64,000 nt of DNA from Candidatus Falkowbacteria bacterium (lineage in GTDB: Bacteria; Patescibacteriota; Patescibacteriia; Patescibacteriales; UBA12465): positions 5,046-69,045 of the forward strand of contig VFKX01000007.1 of the NCBI GenBank assembly GCA_009885285.1, written 5' to 3'. The position numbers and the translations under genes were made by a program. This document shows positions 30,086 through 38,476 of this stretch, in pieces. The notes under the pieces were generated by a model. It saw only the letters and a program-made list of their open reading frames with translations. It made no database searches and had not been told where the DNA came from. How positions within the stretch are numbered: the first letter of the stretch is position 1; the number at the start of each line of letters is the position of its first letter.

Positions 30086-30110
30086 AAAAGGTTTATCTAA
30101 TTAACTTTAA

Positions 30111-30365
30111 TTACATGCGATAGGTTATTCGTCCCTTGGTTAAATCATAAGGACTAATCTGCAGCTTAACCTTGTCACCCGGCAACAGGCGAATTTTATT
30201 CATCCGCATTTTGCCAGATAGATGAGCCAATATTTCATGCCCATTTTCCAGTCCGACTTTAAAGCTAGCGGCCGGCATCAACTCTAAAACTTCTCCTTGC
30301 ATTTCAATGAAGTCTTTAGCGTTGAGGGTAGCGGAGCTATCCTTATTTTCTTTTTCGTTTGACAT
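30111..30365 (-). CDS. infA: Translation initiation factor IF-1
   Basis: [18 protein letters not shown] and [13 protein letters not shown] motifs; ATG at 30365. Confidence 0.98.
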   Translation of the reverse strand: MSNEKENKDSSATLNAKDFIEMQGEVLELMPAASFKVGLENGHEILAHLSGKMRMNKIRLLPGDKVKLQISPYDLTKGRITYRM

Positions 30366-30459
30366 TAACACAAAAAAATTTGATAAAGCCCAATGGGCAG
30401 TTTATCAAAATTCTTTAAAAATTATTTAAGTTATTTTTTCTAATAATCTTAATAAAATT

Positions 30460-30488
30460 ATTATAGAGATAAGATTGGAAGTTGTCAA
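30460..30488 (-). promoter_or_regulatory. Consensus sigma70 promoter of the infA-alpha operon
   Basis: Perfect TTGACA-17 nt-TATAAT. Confidence 0.8.
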
Positions 30489-30497
30489 TAGACGGGC

Positions 30498-32324
30498 TTA
30501 TTTCGTTAAGACGGCTTTTATCCTCCTGACGCCGGCGCTCGACGCCTCTTCTTTCTGAATAGAAAAATGACCGAGAATTCCCGTATTTTCCACATGGGGA
30601 CCGCCACAAATTTCTTGGGAAAATGCGGCCACCAAATTCTCCGGAGTGACACCGGCCTGGTGCTCCGCGTGACATACGGTATAAACCTTAACCTTTTCCC
30701 CATATTTGGAGTCAAAAACTCCCATGGCGCCTCGTTTTTTGGCCTCATCAAGGCTCAATTCCTCGCAGATTACCTGAAAATCACTCACAATTGCTCCATT
30801 TACTAAATCTTCTACCTGTTTAATCTGATCAGGAGTCATTTTATCAGGATGAGCGAAATCCAGGCGCAGGCGCTCGGCTGTGATATTACTACCCTTTTGG
30901 GTCACATGGTCTCCTAAAACCCGTCTCAGAGCCGCTAGGAGCAGGTGAGCAGTCGTATGAAGCTTAGTAGTCTCTTCTCCGGAGTCAGCTAAACCGCCCT
31001 TAAAACGACCGGCGGAAGCGGTTCGGGATAAGTCCTGGTGCTTCTTAAGTTCAGCCTGAAAACCAGCCCGGTCAACGGCCACGCCCTTCTCTTTAGCCAG
31101 TTCCTCGGTTATCTCTAACGGGAAGCCGTAGCTTTGATAAAGGTTAAAGGCTTCTTCCCCGCTAATGCCACCTGCTGAGAGCTTATTGAACTCCAAGAGA
31201 CCCTTTTCCAAGGTGCGGTTAAACTTCCCTTCTTCTTTATCTAGGTTGTCCAGAATAAATGCTTCATTTTTCTTAAATTCAGGATAAATGGACTGATATT
31301 CAGAAATAGCAATAATAGCGATTTCTTTAATCCATAGGTCCTGAGTAATCCCTAATTGGCGGCCGTAGCGGATAGCGCGCCTAATCAAGCGGCGGACGAC
31401 ATAGCCCTGATCGGAGTTTGAAGGAGTAACGCCGCGGTCGTCGCCGATAATGAAAGCGGCGGCCTTGAGATGGTCGGCAATAATGCGCATCGCGCGGGTC
31501 GCTTCCGGAGTTTCGCCGTATTGGTGGCCGCTCAATTCCTCGATTTTCTTAATTAAGCCGGCAAACAGGTCTGTCTGATAATTATCGCTGAGGCCGTTAA
31601 TGACAGCTAAGACCCGCTCCAAGCCCAGGCCGGTATCCACGTTCTGCTGCGCTAGCGGTTCAAACTCGCCAGCCTCATTTTTATTATATTGCATGAAGAC
31701 ATTATTCCAGATTTCCACCCAAGAATCATTGTCGTCATTAAAGCTCCCAGGAACCTGAGTGGCCTCTCCTGTCCAGTAGAAAATTTCCGTATCCGGCCCG
31801 CAAGGTCCAGTCACGCCAGCCGGCCCCCACCAATTATTTTTCTTCGGCAGCTTGGCGATACGCTCGACAGACAGGCCATTTGCTGTAAATATATCTGACC
31901 AGAGTTTATAGGCCTCAGCGTCAAAAGGAGCATCATCGTCGCCCTCAAAAACAGAGACCGCAATACGGTTCTTATCAAGTCCCAGCCCTTCACTGCCGGT
32001 CAAAAACTTCCAACTATAATTAATGGATTCTGTTTTAAAATAATCACCCAGGGACCAATTCCCCATCATTTCAAAAAAAGTATGGTGCGTCACGTCGCCC
32101 ACTTCTTCAATATCGCCAGTCCGGATGCATTTCTGAGCATCAACCAAGCGTGTTCCCGATGGGTGTTTCTGGCCCATCAGGTACGGGACGAGCGGATGCA
32201 TGCCGGCCGTTGTAAACAGGACGGTCGGATCATTTTCCGGAATCAAAGAAGAGCTGGATATCACCACGTGATTCCTATTCTTAAAAAAATCTAAATATTT
32301 TTGACGTAAGTCTTGTGAAGTCAT
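30498..32324 (-). CDS. alaS: Alanine--tRNA ligase, short form lacking C-Ala
   Basis: LFTTAGM, HHTFFEM, DTGLGLER, HTTAHLL and EICGGPHV motifs; ends at GVRRIKA. Confidence 0.97.
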   Translation of the reverse strand: MTSQDLRQKYLDFFKNRNHVVISSSSLIPENDPTVLFTTAGMHPLVPYLMGQKHPSGTRLVDAQKCIRTGDIEEVGDVTHHTFFEMMGNWSLGDYFKTESINYSWKFLTGSEGLGLDKNRIAVSVFEGDDDAPFDAEAYKLWSDIFTANGLSVERIAKLPKKNNWWGPAGVTGPCGPDTEIFYWTGEATQVPGSFNDDNDSWVEIWNNVFMQYNKNEAGEFEPLAQQNVDTGLGLERVLAVINGLSDNYQTDLFAGLIKKIEELSGHQYGETPEATRAMRIIADHLKAAAFIIGDDRGVTPSNSDQGYVVRRLIRRAIRYGRQLGITQDLWIKEIAIIAISEYQSIYPEFKKNEAFILDNLDKEEGKFNRTLEKGLLEFNKLSAGGISGEEAFNLYQSYGFPLEITEELAKEKGVAVDRAGFQAELKKHQDLSRTASAGRFKGGLADSGEETTKLHTTAHLLLAALRRVLGDHVTQKGSNITAERLRLDFAHPDKMTPDQIKQVEDLVNGAIVSDFQVICEELSLDEAKKRGAMGVFDSKYGEKVKVYTVCHAEHQAGVTPENLVAAFSQEICGGPHVENTGILGHFSIQKEEASSAGVRRIKAVLTK

Positions 32325-32396
32325 ATGTTTGTATTATTATTCTATCCTATCGTAAATCAGCCTGCAAATCAAGCCTAATCCCCACATTCAGCCAAT

Positions 32397-32427
32397 AAAA
32401 AAACGCGCTAGACAAAAGTCTAACGCG
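32397..32427 (-). terminator. Terminator of lipoprotein paralog 1
   Basis: A7-CGCGCTAGAC-AAAA-GTCTAACGCG. Confidence 0.65.
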
Positions 32428-32463
32428 CGTATTCTAAATTTCTATTTCACTTGCAGCCCTTCG

Positions 32464-33471
32464 TTACTTGATAATTGGAATTACATAATTTGCAGTCGGC
32501 ATACAGTCGCCGAGTACATAATATGTAGTCGTTCCATGAGCGTCAGAAGTTGAAGCTAAAGCTTGAGCATCTTCGAAAATAAATGATTTAACATATTTAT
32601 AACCGAAAGATGTTCCCATTTTTTGATAGATATAAAGTTTGAATTCATATTTATCATTTTTAGCTTTGTAGTCTCCGTAGGTTACCTTAATGGTTTCACC
32701 TTGAACGCTATTACTAAAAGTGTTTTGTAAAGTTGAAGCACCGGTTCCTTGAGCTCTCCAAACTTCGATTTTGGCAATTGCAGGAACGTCGATAAATTCA
32801 CCAATTGAATTAGCCCATTCGGTTTGCTTGGCATATTCTGATTCTAAATATTCACTTTTTGGTGATAAACAGAAGTCACCAAAGAAATTAATAGTACGAA
32901 CTATAACTTCTTCAGCTCCAAAATAGCCAAAACCAAATGACGCTTGGTCCTTAGGTTCGTAACACAATACTTCGATAGCAATAGCAGTTTTCTTGTCGCT
33001 TTTTACTACAAACTGCATGTTCAAAGGATTATGCACATATGATCCAAAAGTACTGCCAGCATGAGGTGTAGCTGAAATTAGAATGTCGTCCGATTCGTTA
33101 CTCGGTGTTCCTTTATCAAAGAACACTTGAAAATCACTTACTGTGTATTCCACGCCCTCTGGAGATGCTGGCAAAGAAATTGTATTAGTATACAATTTAC
33201 CAGACACGTAGAAAGTTGCTACTTTCTGCACCTGTCCGTTAATAACCATCTTCACGTAAGAAGCTAAATAATCGGTACAAACGATGTCGCCTTGCCTTCT
33301 TTCGCCTTCGCCGGAATCTTTTTTGGTATTACTACTGGTATTATTGGTAATTTCAAAACTTACGTCCTGTCCGCCTACATCAGGAAGAAGATCGTCAGTT
33401 TTATTACAAGAAAACATAAAAACAAACATAATCGCTACAGCGATCGATGATAATGAAAACACTTTTTTCAT
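32464..33471 (-). CDS. Putative lipoprotein, paralog 1 (shared core only)
   Basis: MKKVFSLSSIAVAIMFVFMFS-C-NKTDD type II signal; FGFGYF, FFGDFC and DVPAIAKIEV core motifs; ATG at 33471. Confidence 0.85.
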   Translation of the reverse strand: MKKVFSLSSIAVAIMFVFMFSCNKTDDLLPDVGGQDVSFEITNNTSSNTKKDSGEGERRQGDIVCTDYLASYVKMVINGQVQKVATFYVSGKLYTNTISLPASPEGVEYTVSDFQVFFDKGTPSNESDDILISATPHAGSTFGSYVHNPLNMQFVVKSDKKTAIAIEVLCYEPKDQASFGFGYFGAEEVIVRTINFFGDFCLSPKSEYLESEYAKQTEWANSIGEFIDVPAIAKIEVWRAQGTGASTLQNTFSNSVQGETIKVTYGDYKAKNDKYEFKLYIYQKMGTSFGYKYVKSFIFEDAQALASTSDAHGTTTYYVLGDCMPTANYVIPIIK

Positions 33472-33578
33472 GTTAATCAAATTTTTGTTCAACTTTTTGG
33501 TCCTTAACGCGGTTACCTACGATTTATTCTGTTTTAAAAGAACTCCTTATGTATAGCACTAGTTTTAAAATAAGTCAA
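33472..33578 (-). repeat. Promoter/leader repeat, copy 1
   Basis: TTGACTTATTTTAAAACTA..17..TATACA...GAGTTCTTTTAAAACAGAATAAATCGTAGGTAACCGCGTTAAGGACCAA; near-identical to copies 2 and 3. Confidence 0.9.
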
Positions 33579-33662
33579 GACCCCGCACTTAAACCCTTTA
33601 AAATAGCCGATTTTATAATATTTAATTGCTGTATTGTCAATTTATCTTAGCACTCTATCTAC

Positions 33663-33671
33663 TTATCCACA
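33663..33671 (+). promoter_or_regulatory. Perfect DnaA box
   Basis: TTATCCACA. Confidence 0.5.
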
Positions 33672-33705
33672 GCCGTAATATATCCAAATACAAGTATTTG
33701 TCTAT

Positions 33706-33732
33706 AAAAAGAGGCCGTTCAATTGAACGGCC
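33706..33732 (-). terminator. Terminator of lipoprotein paralog 2
   Basis: AAAAAGA-GGCCGTTC-AATT-GAACGGCC. Confidence 0.7.
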
Positions 33733-33761
33733 CAGAGCTTTATTGCTTATTATTCCTTCTA

Positions 33762-35123
33762 TTAATCTTCACAATGATTATCCTCAATCCAATCCCCTAT
33801 CCAACCAGAAGCGTCGCTAGCCTTACCATATAAAGCAGCATCAACTGAAGACTGATTTGGCAAGTAACTTGGAGAAAGCTTAGGGAGACTTCCCAGCCAA
33901 GCATCAATTATAGCCACCTGAGCGGCTACGCTAGGTACTCCAGTAACATTAGATAGCTTAATGGCTGCTGCCTGGGTAAAGGCTTTTTTAGAGACCGAAT
34001 TATTCGGACTAGCCAACCAGATAGCCTTGCCTTCTGCTTCAGTATAAGTTTTTCCGCCTACTGTAACTGTGCCCGGTGCTGGCCAAACCTTTGGAGCTGC
34101 AAAATAATAACCTTGAGAATACGCACATACCACTACTGGCACGTCGACATACTCATCAAAGATATAATTAGCTCCGGGAGTGCAAGTTCCTTGTACATAA
34201 TAAGTAGTTTTGCCATGACTATCAGTTTTGCTTAGCAATTCTTCGGCATCTTGAAAGATGAAAGACTTAACATAATGATACACGAAAGCGCTGCCAATCT
34301 TTTGATAAATGAAGAGTTTAAATTCATATTTATCATTCTTTGACTTATAGTCGCCATAGGTCACCTTAACGGTTTCCCCTTGGATACTGTTAGAAAAAGT
34401 GTTCTGTAAAGTGCTGGCACCGCCGTCTTGGCTTCTCCACACTTCGATTTTAGCAATCGCAGGAACATCAATAAATTCACCAAGAGCGTTAGCCCATTCG
34501 GTTTGGTGTTCATATTCTGACCCAGCATAAGCGCTTCTGCTTTTAATACAAAGGTCACCAAAGAAGTTCATCGTACGAACGATTACTTCCTCTGCACCGA
34601 AATATACAAAGCCGAAAGAGGCTTGATTTTGAGGTGTATAACATAAAACCTCAATCAATACAGCTGTTTTCTTATCAGCTTTAACATTGAATTCAACGTT
34701 CAAAGGATTCTGCACATACGAGCCAAAAGTACTGCCAGTATGAGGTGTAGCTGAGATAAGAACGTCGTCGTTTTCAGTCGAAGTAGTTCCACCATCCCAA
34801 TAAACAAGAAAGTCGGAAATAATATGGCTGCCTGGCTGCATACTGACAGTATTACTGTAAAGTCTATCGGCTACATAAAATGCAGCGATCTTTTGCACCT
34901 GACCGTCAATGACAACTTTTACATAACTGGCAAGATGATCTTGACATTCGATGTCACCGCCGCCATTTTTTGTCTTATTTAACAAACTGTTATTCAGGAT
35001 TTCAAAGGACACATCCTGTCCTCCGGTATCTGGCAATAAATCTTCCTGCTTATTACAGGCGAACATAAAGATAAATAATATCGCCACAACAGCGATCGAT
35101 GATAATGAAAACACTTTTTTCAT
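33762..35123 (-). CDS. Putative lipoprotein, paralog 2 (core plus helical C-terminal module)
   Basis: FMFA-C-NKQED lipobox; shared core; extra ~125 aa (CAYSQGYYF..WP..TVGGKTYT...FTQAAAIKLS); ATG at 35123. Confidence 0.85.
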   Translation of the reverse strand: MKKVFSLSSIAVVAILFIFMFACNKQEDLLPDTGGQDVSFEILNNSLLNKTKNGGGDIECQDHLASYVKVVIDGQVQKIAAFYVADRLYSNTVSMQPGSHIISDFLVYWDGGTTSTENDDVLISATPHTGSTFGSYVQNPLNVEFNVKADKKTAVLIEVLCYTPQNQASFGFVYFGAEEVIVRTMNFFGDLCIKSRSAYAGSEYEHQTEWANALGEFIDVPAIAKIEVWRSQDGGASTLQNTFSNSIQGETVKVTYGDYKSKNDKYEFKLFIYQKIGSAFVYHYVKSFIFQDAEELLSKTDSHGKTTYYVQGTCTPGANYIFDEYVDVPVVVCAYSQGYYFAAPKVWPAPGTVTVGGKTYTEAEGKAIWLASPNNSVSKKAFTQAAAIKLSNVTGVPSVAAQVAIIDAWLGSLPKLSPSYLPNQSSVDAALYGKASDASGWIGDWIEDNHCED

Positions 35124-35228
35124 GTTAATCAAATTATTGTTCAACTTTGGTCCTTGACGCGGTTACCTACGATTTATCCTGTTTTAAAAGAACTCATTAT
35201 ATATAACATTAGTTTTAAAATAAGTCAA
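35124..35228 (-). repeat. Promoter/leader repeat, copy 2
   Basis: TTGACTTATTTTAAAACTAATG...GAGTTCTTTTAAAACAGGATAAATCGTAGGTAACCGCGTCAAGGACCAA. Confidence 0.9.
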
Positions 35229-35268
35229 GCCTCGGCAATCCCAGCAAACCCGAATTCCAAAAATTAAT

Positions 35269-35298
35269 AAAAAAAGCGCTAGATATGAAATCTAGCGC
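35269..35298 (-). terminator. Terminator of lipoprotein paralog 3
   Basis: A7-GCGCTAGAT-ATGAA-ATCTAGCGC. Confidence 0.7.
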
Positions 35299-35335
35299 CC
35301 GTACTTATTTAATCAAATCGTGATTATTTGCTTGA

Positions 35336-36868
35336 TCAAGGATCAACGCGAACAAACATAGTCTGAACTTTTGCTGATTTAGCGTTAAAGTCTGTTCCTT
35401 CTGGAACAAATATTACGCAAGCCCAGCCACCGGTTGGGATTTCATAACCAGTATAATTTGCATTAGCATTAGCTGCCATTAAAGTCATCATCGGAGTGAC
35501 ATTAGGTACTCCTGAATATGCATGACCATTCCAAGGGGTTGGTTGTTCAAGTAACCAGATTGCACCTTGCAAATCTGACCAATTGTAACCAGGATAAAGA
35601 TTATTGCTACCTTCTAAACCAATATGATTAATCAACCAATTGATTTTAGCCCATTTTGATTGACGAGCATATAAAGGTAAAGCATCTGGATACATTGAAG
35701 AATAAACATCCATGCGATAATCAACACCAACATAAATATCAATCAAATGATCAGCGCAGAAGCTAGCATATGTTCCATTAGGTAGGTCGTAACCTGGACC
35801 AATGTTAGATAATTTAGCATCAACGTAACCACCTTTAGAACCTGGAGCATAAGCACCGGTAATAGTGTAGGTGGCAACTTCCGGTAAATTAAGGTAAGCT
35901 GGAATGATATAATTTGCATTTGGCGTACATGATCCAAGTACATAATAAGTTGTTTTTCCTTTGCTGTCTGTTTTTGTTAATATTTCTTCAGCATCTTTAA
36001 ACATCCAAGTTTTGAAATGTTTGTAAACGAAATCTTGACCTACCTTAACGTAGATATACAATTTCATTTGGAAAGAGTCAGTTACGTTTTTATAGTCACC
36101 ATAAGTCACTTTAACTGTCTCACCTTGTGATGAGTTAGAGAAAGTGTTTTGTAGCTCCCATGAACCGTTTCCTTGTTTCCTTAACACTTCAATTTTAGCG
36201 ATTGCTGGCACGTCAATATATTCGCCAAGAGCGCTATTCCAACCTGTTTGTTCATTGTATCTTGATCTTGCATAGTCAGTTCTGCTTTTGATACAGAAGT
36301 CACCGAAGAAATTCATCGTGCGAACGATTACTTCTTCAGCACCAAAGTATACAAAACCGAAAGAGGCTTGATCCTGAGGAACATAGCACAACACTTCAAT
36401 CAAAACAGCTGTTTTCTTATCAGCCTTAACTGCAAAATCGATGTTTAAAGGATTCTGCACATACGAGCCAAAAGTACTGCCAGCATGAGGTGTAGCTGAG
36501 ATAAGAACATCGTCGTTTTCAGTCGAAGTTGTTCCACCATCCCAATAAACAAGAAAGTCAGAAATAATATGATTACCTGGCTGCAAGCTAATGGTATTGG
36601 TGTAAAGTTTACCAGCTACATAAAATGCTGATATTTTTTGCACTTGACCATCAATTACAACTTTTGCATAGCTAGCTAAATGATCTTGACATTTAATGTC
36701 ACCGCCGCCATTTTTGGTCTTGTTTAACAAACTGTTATTCTGGATTTCAAAGGACACATCTTGTCCTCCGGTATCCGGTAAAAAGTCATCTGACTTGTTA
36801 CATCCGAATGATAATACAAACATGATAGCGATGGCTATCGTACTGAATGAAAATAAACTTTTTCTCAT
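35336..36868 (-). CDS. Putative lipoprotein, paralog 3 (core plus thioester-domain-like C-terminus)
   Basis: LSFG-C-NKSDD lipobox; shared core; C-terminal ASFCADH...KINWLINH...DLQGAIWLL...KVQTMFV; ATG at 36868. Confidence 0.8.
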   Translation of the reverse strand: MRKSLFSFSTIAIAIMFVLSFGCNKSDDFLPDTGGQDVSFEIQNNSLLNKTKNGGGDIKCQDHLASYAKVVIDGQVQKISAFYVAGKLYTNTISLQPGNHIISDFLVYWDGGTTSTENDDVLISATPHAGSTFGSYVQNPLNIDFAVKADKKTAVLIEVLCYVPQDQASFGFVYFGAEEVIVRTMNFFGDFCIKSRTDYARSRYNEQTGWNSALGEYIDVPAIAKIEVLRKQGNGSWELQNTFSNSSQGETVKVTYGDYKNVTDSFQMKLYIYVKVGQDFVYKHFKTWMFKDAEEILTKTDSKGKTTYYVLGSCTPNANYIIPAYLNLPEVATYTITGAYAPGSKGGYVDAKLSNIGPGYDLPNGTYASFCADHLIDIYVGVDYRMDVYSSMYPDALPLYARQSKWAKINWLINHIGLEGSNNLYPGYNWSDLQGAIWLLEQPTPWNGHAYSGVPNVTPMMTLMAANANANYTGYEIPTGGWACVIFVPEGTDFNAKSAKVQTMFVRVDP

Positions 36869-36973
36869 GTTCAATCAATTTTTGTTGAATGTTGGTCCTT
36901 GACGCGGTTACCTACGATTTATTCTGTTTTAAAAGAACTCCTATTGTTTAGCATTAGTTTTAAAATAAGTCAA
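36869..36973 (-). repeat. Promoter/leader repeat, copy 3
   Basis: TTGACTTATTTTAAAACTAATG...GGAGTTCTTTTAAAACAGAATAAATCGTAGGTAACCGCGTCAAGGACCAA. Confidence 0.9.
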
Positions 36974-37060
36974 GACTCAATAGAAATAATCATTAAAATA
37001 GCCTAATTAATGGTAATATATTGATAATCTGTCAATATCACCAAACAAAAAAAAATCGAC

Positions 37061-37069
37061 TTATCCACA
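37061..37069 (+). promoter_or_regulatory. Perfect DnaA box
   Basis: TTATCCACA, at nearly the same distance from the -35 as the 33663 box. Confidence 0.5.
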
Positions 37070-37135
37070 GGAAAAATCGATTAATACAGAAAAATAGCAG
37101 AAATTTAGCAATAAAACAGCATTTAACTCAAAACG

Positions 37136-38155
37136 TCAAATAATATTAACTTCCGCCTCCAAATCAAGGCCGAATTTCTTCTTAATAACACCCTGAATCT
37201 TCTTAACTAGAGCCATGGCCTGCTTGGCACTGGCACCGCCGAAATTCACGAAAATCAGAGCTTGCTTCTCGTACATACCGACCGGACCGAATTTTTTACC
37301 CTTAAAACCAGCCTTTTCAATCAGCCAGCCAGCCGGAATTTTAACCTTGTTCTTAGAAACGGGAAATGACGGCATCTCTGGATAGAGTTTTAAAAGACTC
37401 TTATAGGCACTGGAATTAACCTCAATATTCTTAAAAAATGAGCCAGCATTAGGAAAATTTATAGGATTAGGGAGCTTGCTGTTACGAATCTCAAAGATTA
37501 TATCAATAACCTCCTTTGAACTGGGCTGCTTAATTCCCTTCTCCAAGAGCTTCTCGCGAAGTGATCCGTAGTCTAGCTTTAAGATCGGTTTTTTGCTCAA
37601 TCTCAAAGCAACTGAATAAATGAAATATCTGCCTTTTAACTTACCTTTAAAGACACTATTGCGGTATCCGAAGGCGCAGTCATTTGCCTTAAAAATCTTC
37701 TCCCTCCCAGTTTTTAGGTCAACGGCCACTAGGGATTCAAAGACATCTTTCAGTTCTACGCCATAAGCGCCGATATTCTGGACCGGAGCCGCGCCAACGG
37801 TCCCATAGATCAGGAAGAGGTTTTCGCAGCCGCTCAGTTTATTAATGACGGTATAATTAACGAAACCGCTCCAACTTTCACCAGACATAGCTTCAACCAC
37901 TACAGCCTGCTTATATTCTTTTTTTATAGCCATACCCTTGATTTCATTCTTCAAAACCAATCCTCTTATCTTCTTTGATATCAAGACATTAGAGCCTCCT
38001 CCCAGAATCCAGATAGCTTTCTTATTCTTCTTAGCCCAAGCGATAGCTTCAATTAAATCTGCCCGCGATTTCAGAACGGCAAAAAACTCGGCGGGGGCGC
38101 CGATCTTCAAAGTTGTATATGGAGTCAGATCAATGTTTTTTTCGATGGTTAGCAT
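37136..38155 (-). CDS. murB: UDP-N-acetylmuramate dehydrogenase
   Basis: LGGGSNVL, APVQNIGAYG, FGYRNS and NAGSFFKN motifs. Confidence 0.96.
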   Translation of the reverse strand: MLTIEKNIDLTPYTTLKIGAPAEFFAVLKSRADLIEAIAWAKKNKKAIWILGGGSNVLISKKIRGLVLKNEIKGMAIKKEYKQAVVVEAMSGESWSGFVNYTVINKLSGCENLFLIYGTVGAAPVQNIGAYGVELKDVFESLVAVDLKTGREKIFKANDCAFGYRNSVFKGKLKGRYFIYSVALRLSKKPILKLDYGSLREKLLEKGIKQPSSKEVIDIIFEIRNSKLPNPINFPNAGSFFKNIEVNSSAYKSLLKLYPEMPSFPVSKNKVKIPAGWLIEKAGFKGKKFGPVGMYEKQALIFVNFGGASAKQAMALVKKIQGVIKKKFGLDLEAEVNII

Positions 38156-38266
38156 ACTTTAATTATAATCGATGAAAGTTAAATAGTAAATCGAAGCATC
38201 GTTGGTGCATATAAGAACCGTTAAAAATAAAAAAACGGACCAATTTGGTCCGCCGGTCGATAAATT

Positions 38267-38476
38267 TCAGTACTTCCCTTTTGAGTATCGTTTAGATATT
38301 TCGACAAGAATATTTGCTGTCGCTTCACTAATACCCAGCTCTAAATAATCTTCCTTGGCATAGTATTCCAGCTGCTTGATACTAACGAGTAGTCTTCTCT
38401 TCAGGATAGAGATATCCGAATCACTAACACCTTCCTCGCCAAGAATATTTTCAAAATTTTTCATGATCACCATCAT
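38267..38476 (-). CDS. Small hypothetical protein (69 aa)
   Basis: Own promoter (TTGACA-17-TATTCT, ~38501-38529) and terminator (~38229-38253). Confidence 0.6.
   Translation of the reverse strand: MMVIMKNFENILGEEGVSDSDISILKRRLLVSIKQLEYYAKEDYLELGISEATANILVEISKRYSKGKY

Noticed and set aside
33600-33700. Replication origin
   Set aside because: Only single isolated DnaA boxes; no box cluster, no dnaA/dnaN and no switch in gene orientation.
33626-33820. 64-aa plus-strand ORF between lipoprotein genes
   Set aside because: Non-ATG start, runs through the DnaA box and terminator, and is antisense to the end of paralog 2.
32464-36868. Diversity-generating retroelement acting on the paralogs
   Set aside because: No reverse transcriptase in the window and no TR/VR pair differing only at adenines; the C-termini are non-homologous modules.
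33472-36973. Three ~105-nt repeats as a CRISPR array, integron attC sites or IS ends
   Set aside because: The copies are separated by 1.5-1.7 kb genes and contain promoters; no GTTRRRY/RYYYAAC cores, cas genes, integrase or transposase are visible.
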